From Malacoraja senta (Eukaryota): a stretch of 64,000 nt of DNA. Positions within the stretch are counted from its first letter, which is position 1. Every line of letters starts with the position of its first letter. The position numbers and the translations under genes were made by a program. The DNA lies in the NCBI GenBank assembly GCA_038087875.1, contig CM075991.1:1922001-1986000 (forward strand), read 5' to 3'. Shown here piece by piece: positions 59,646 to 64,000 of this stretch. The notes below the pieces were generated by a model that was not told where the DNA came from, did not search any database, and saw nothing but the letters and a program-made list of their open reading frames with translations.

Positions 59646-62540
59646 GTGACAGGAGGATCCAGAATGTGTGAAGATAAAGCTCTAGATGTAAAAGGGGCAA
59701 AAACAGAAAGGAAGGGTAGTAAAAATCATCTGAAAGTGCTGTATCTAAATGCACGGAGTATTCGAAATAAGATAAATGAATTAACGGTGCAATTAAGTAC
59801 ATATAGTTATGATATCGTGGCCATTACGGAGACATGGCTGCAAGGGGATCAGGATTGGGAGTTAAATATAGAGGGGTACTCGACAATTAGAAAAGATAGA
59901 CAGGAAAGAAAGGGAGGAGGGGTGGCCCTTTTAATAAGGGAGGGAATAACGGCAATAGAGAGGAAGGATATTGCGTTGAAGGATCAGGATAGTGAAACAG
60001 CTTGGGTACAGATAGAGAATAACAAGGGGAAAAAAACACTAGTGGGTGTAATTTATAGACCTCCAAATAGCTGTGACGCTGTTAGTCAGAACATAAATCT
60101 GCAAATAGTTGACGTATGTAAAAAGGGAACTGCTGTAATCATGGGGGACTTCAATTTTCATATTAATTGGGCAAACCAAACTGGGCAGGGTAGACTAGAG
60201 GAAGAGTTTATAGAATGTATTAGAGACGGGTTCCTAGAACAGTATGTCACAGAACCGACAAGGAGGGAGGCAATCTTGGATCTGGTCCTGTGTAATGAAG
60301 CAGGATTAATTAAAAATGTCATAGTTAGGGACTCGTTGGGAACAAGTGACCACAATATGGTCGAATTCCATATTCAAATAGAAGGGGAGCAGGTTGAAAC
60401 TCAGGCTAGGGTACTTAGTCTAAATAAAGGGGATTATGAAGGTATGAGGACTGAGCTGATCAAAGTTGACTGGGATAGCAGACTCAAGAATAAGATGGTA
60501 CATGAGCAGTGGTGTACGTTTAAGGATCTACTGTATAACCTTCAAGAAAAATTTATTCCTATGAAGAAAAAAAGGGGTAAGGGAAAGAACAGTCAGCCAT
60601 GGCTCAGTAAAACTATAAAGGATAGTATTCGGTTGAAGGCAAGGGCATATAAGGTAGCTAGAGATAGTGGGAGGGTAGAGGATTGGGAAGCATTTAAAGG
60701 TCAGCAAAAAATAACTAAGAGATTAATTAAGACGGGGAAAATAGACTATGAAAGGAATTTAGCGAACAACATAAAAACTAATAGTAAGAGTTTTTATAGC
60801 TATATAAAAAGAAAAAGGGTGGCTAAGGTGAACGTTGGTCCATTGGAGGGTGAGACTGGAGAGTTGTTGGTGGGGAACATGGAAATGGCAAAGGCATTAA
60901 ACGAGTATTTTGTATCAGTCTTCACCATAGAAGACACAAAAAATATTCCAACGCTGGATAAACAGGGGGCGGTAGGAATGGAGGAGCTAAATACTATTAA
61001 GATCACCAAGGAGGTGGTATTAGGGAAATTAATGAGACTGAAGGAGGATAAATCCCCTGGGCCTGATGGATTACATCCAAGGGTCTTGAGGGAGATAGCG
61101 GTGGGGATTGTGGATGCATTGGTGATAATTTTCCAAAACTCCCTGGAGGCAGGAATGGTCCCAGTGGATTGGAAAATGGCCAATGTAACACCTATATTTA
61201 AAAAAGGAAGTAAACAGAAGGCGGGTAACTATAGACCGGTTAGTCTAACATCGGTGGTGGGTAAAATGTTAGAGACAATTATTAAAGAAACACTAACGGG
61301 GCACTTGGATAAACATGACTTCATCGGACAGAACCAGCATGGTTTTGTGAAGGGGAAGTCCTGTTTAACGAATCTGCTCGAATTCTTTGAGGAAGTAACA
61401 ACCCGGGTGGATAAAGGGGAACCGGTGGATGTGGTATACTTGGACTTCCAAAAGGCTTTTGACAAGGTGCCACATAAGAGACTATTGCTAAAAATAAAAA
61501 AGTATGGGATTGGGGGTAATATATTAGCATGGGTAGAGGATTGGCTAACAAATAGGAAGCAGAGAGTGGGGATAAATGGTTCATACTCGGGATGGCAACC
61601 GGTAACTAGCGGGGTTCCGCAAGGGTCGGTGCTGGGACCCCAGTTGTTCACAATTTATATAAATGATTTGGAGGAGGGAACCAAGTGTAATATATCAAAA
61701 TTTGCGGACGATACAAAAATGGGAGGAAAAGTAGGGGATGAGGAGGATAGGAAGAGTCTGCAAAAGGATATAGATAAGCTAGGTGAGTGGGCAACAACTT
61801 GGCAGATGAAATTTAATACTAATAAATGTGAAGTCATTCACTTTGGGAAAAAAAATGATAGGGCAAGTTATTTTCTAAATGAGGTGGAGCTGCGTTGTAA
61901 TGCAACGCAAAGGGATCTAGGGGTAGTAGTACATGAATCACTAAAAGTTAGTATGCAGGTGCAGCAAGCAATCAGGAAGGCCAATGGAGTTTTGGCCTTT
62001 ATTGCTAGGGGGATTGAGTATAAAAACACAGAGGTCTTGCTGCAGCTGTACACAGTATTAGTGCGACCACATTTGGAATACTGTGTACAGTTCTGGGGTC
62101 CATACTTAAGAAAGGATGTACTGGCCCTGGAGGCAGTGCAGCGAAGGTTTACAAGATTAATTCCTGCAATGAGGGGATTGACATATGAGGAAAGGTTAAG
62201 TAGGCTGGAACTCTACTCTTTGGAGTTTAGAAGAATGAGAGGCGATCTCATTGAAACATATAAGATCGTGAGGGGCCTTGATCGGGTGGATGCACCGAGG
62301 ATGTTCCCAATGATCGGGGAAACTAGAACTAGGGGACATAGTTGTAGAATAAGAGGGGGCTCTTTTAAAACTGAGATGAGGAAGAACTTCTTCACCCAGA
62401 GGGTGGTTAATTTATGGAATTCACTGCCCCAGGGAGCAGTGGAAGCAGAAACATTAAATATATTTAAGTCTAAAATAGATGGTTTTTTAGCTGCCAAGGG
62501 GATAAGGGGCTACGGGGAGAGGGCAGGGATATGGACCTAG
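59646..62540 (+). CDS. CR1 ORF2p: APE endonuclease plus reverse transcriptase
   Basis: ITETW, GDFN, SDH, YLDFQKAFD, PQGSVLGP, FADD; 964 codons open. First ATG is at 59664. Confidence 0.95.
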   Translation: MTGGSRMCEDKALDVKGAKTERKGSKNHLKVLYLNARSIRNKINELTVQLSTYSYDIVAITETWLQGDQDWELNIEGYSTIRKDRQERKGGGVALLIREGITAIERKDIALKDQDSETAWVQIENNKGKKTLVGVIYRPPNSCDAVSQNINLQIVDVCKKGTAVIMGDFNFHINWANQTGQGRLEEEFIECIRDGFLEQYVTEPTRREAILDLVLCNEAGLIKNVIVRDSLGTSDHNMVEFHIQIEGEQVETQARVLSLNKGDYEGMRTELIKVDWDSRLKNKMVHEQWCTFKDLLYNLQEKFIPMKKKRGKGKNSQPWLSKTIKDSIRLKARAYKVARDSGRVEDWEAFKGQQKITKRLIKTGKIDYERNLANNIKTNSKSFYSYIKRKRVAKVNVGPLEGETGELLVGNMEMAKALNEYFVSVFTIEDTKNIPTLDKQGAVGMEELNTIKITKEVVLGKLMRLKEDKSPGPDGLHPRVLREIAVGIVDALVIIFQNSLEAGMVPVDWKMANVTPIFKKGSKQKAGNYRPVSLTSVVGKMLETIIKETLTGHLDKHDFIGQNQHGFVKGKSCLTNLLEFFEEVTTRVDKGEPVDVVYLDFQKAFDKVPHKRLLLKIKKYGIGGNILAWVEDWLTNRKQRVGINGSYSGWQPVTSGVPQGSVLGPQLFTIYINDLEEGTKCNISKFADDTKMGGKVGDEEDRKSLQKDIDKLGEWATTWQMKFNTNKCEVIHFGKKNDRASYFLNEVELRCNATQRDLGVVVHESLKVSMQVQQAIRKANGVLAFIARGIEYKNTEVLLQLYTVLVRPHLEYCVQFWGPYLRKDVLALEAVQRRFTRLIPAMRGLTYEERLSRLELYSLEFRRMRGDLIETYKIVRGLDRVDAPRMFPMIGETRTRGHSCRIRGGSFKTEMRKNFFTQRVVNLWNSLPQGAVEAETLNIFKSKIDGFLAAKGIRGYGERAGIWT

Positions 62541-63547
62541 GTATGGTTAGTATAGTAAGACCTGAGTGATCTCCTGGACAAGTGTCGATCGCCTGGATTG
62601 GGGTCGGAGAGGAATTTCCCGGATTTTTTTCCCGAATTGGACCTGGGTTTTTATCCGGTTTTTTGCCTCCCCCAGGAGATCACGCGGTTCTTGGGGTGGA
62701 GAGGGGTGATAGCGATATAAAGGGGAGGGTAGTGTCTTGTGTTCTGTGTCTTGTGTCTACTGTTTGTGGGTAAGGGTGTCTGTTTAGTGTTCAGCCATGA
62801 GCGAATGGCGGTGCGGGCTCGATGGACCTGGTGGTCTACTCTCGCACCTACTTTCTATGTTTCTATGTTTCTATGCGTCAGTTTGGCCACATGGCCTCCA
62901 GCATGTTTGCTGCCTTAGAATTTGCTTGCTTTTTATGTTAGGCGTAATAAAGAAACGAATCAAAAATTTCCAATTAAATTCTCTCCATTTTTGTGAAATA
63001 GTGGTCTGTAGTACTACCCACATATGATGCCATTCTTCTACTGAGATTGTGATGTTCAATTCCTTTTCCCACTTAAATTTGACATCAAATGTAGTTTGAG
63101 CTTGACATTCCATTCAACTATGCTAAAGTTTAGAAATAATCCTTCATGTTTTTTGATGATAAGCATTAACTATCACTTCTATCACTGGATTTTTTTCTTC
63201 TAGTGCCTCACTTTTTTTACTTTTTTATTGTAATAATTTCTCAGTTGGAGGTATCTAAACAAGTTTTGCTTCCGAAGGGCAAATCTATCCTTCAAATCTT
63301 GAAAACTTCTTAGGTCTCCATTTTCAATAACAGTACAAAATGCAGTCATTCCTTTCTTCATCCACTCTTTAAATGTTGAGTCGTACATCCCTGGTTTAAA
63401 TTCATTATCCAAAGCTATCCATCTTAAAACTTTTTGTCGTTTATTCAGTTTAAGTTGTTGTAGATGAGATATGCATGTGCCTTTAACATAGTGACCTCAT
63501 ACCTACTAACCACTCCCCATATCACAAGTATATCTACAACCTCCCCA

Positions 63548-64000
63548 CCCACAGATCGCTCTCCCGGATGTATTTGGCCATATCCGGCCAATAGAACTGG
63601 CTCCTGGCGAGAGACACGGTGGCTTCGGCCCCAGGGTGACCGCGGTGTGCGACTTGAAAATAGTGGTCGTGCAGCGCCGCGGGCAAGACCACTTTGTGAC
63701 CCTTCACCACCACGCCGTCATGCAGTACGAGCTCATCCCGAATCAGGAAGTAGGGCACGGCACCAGCCGGCAGTGCCGAACGACGGTCAGGCCAGCCCTG
63801 CCGGATGACGGCAGACAGCTGTTGCAGGGCAGGGTCATTGGTAGTGTGTTCAACCAGGGACTTCATCTGCTGCGAGGGGACGATGTTCAATCGTAGCACC
63901 AATAACTCAGACATTTCATATTGGTGGCGAGCGGTGGACGTCAGCGGGGCGCGAGACAACGTGTCGGCCACGAACATGTCCTTGCCCTTACGATAAACCA
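63548..64000 (-). mobile_element. Gypsy pol fragment (RNase H end, integrase zinc-binding start)
   Basis: ADTLSR, GWP, AHRGHPG...YWP. Confidence 0.85.

Larger units (their letters stand above)
58288..62873 (+). mobile_element. Apparently intact full-length CR1 LINE
   Basis: Two uninterrupted ORFs, (TTTCTATG)3 tail, TGCG duplicated at 58284-58287 and 62874-62877. Confidence 0.95.
57725..63540 (-). mobile_element. Degenerate L1 3' part split by the intact CR1 (57725-58287 and 62874-~63540)
   Basis: CWRPCGQTDA joins NHAHIFWSCPKI across the insertion; AATAAA and an A tail ending at 57725. Confidence 0.85.

Overview
Eukaryotic, repeat-saturated window with no recognisable host gene. The repeat set (tRNA-headed SINEs with (CTAAA)n tails, CR1 LINEs, abundant Penelope ends) suggests a cartilaginous fish, probably a skate or ray; this is inference. 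It contains L1, CR1, HERO-like, Gypsy, DIRS1-like, Penelope and Rex1-like elements, often nested, plus two near-identical duplications that each abut a 200-N gap. One CR1 (58288-62873) looks fully intact. The main observation is RNA structure. The 3' UTRs of two divergent HERO-like elements carry the hammerhead ribozyme core in a non-circularly permuted, pseudoknotted order, joined to a kink-turn with covarying stems (complete at 35851-35925; cleavage site deleted at 9732-9797). Also notable are three divergent GC-rich non-coding retroelements with shared covarying hairpins but different LINE-type tails, many minimal Penelope hammerheads, and a four-part CR1/DIRS/L1 nest with a tail-less L1 inside a DIRS. 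All calls were made by eye and many boundaries are approximate.
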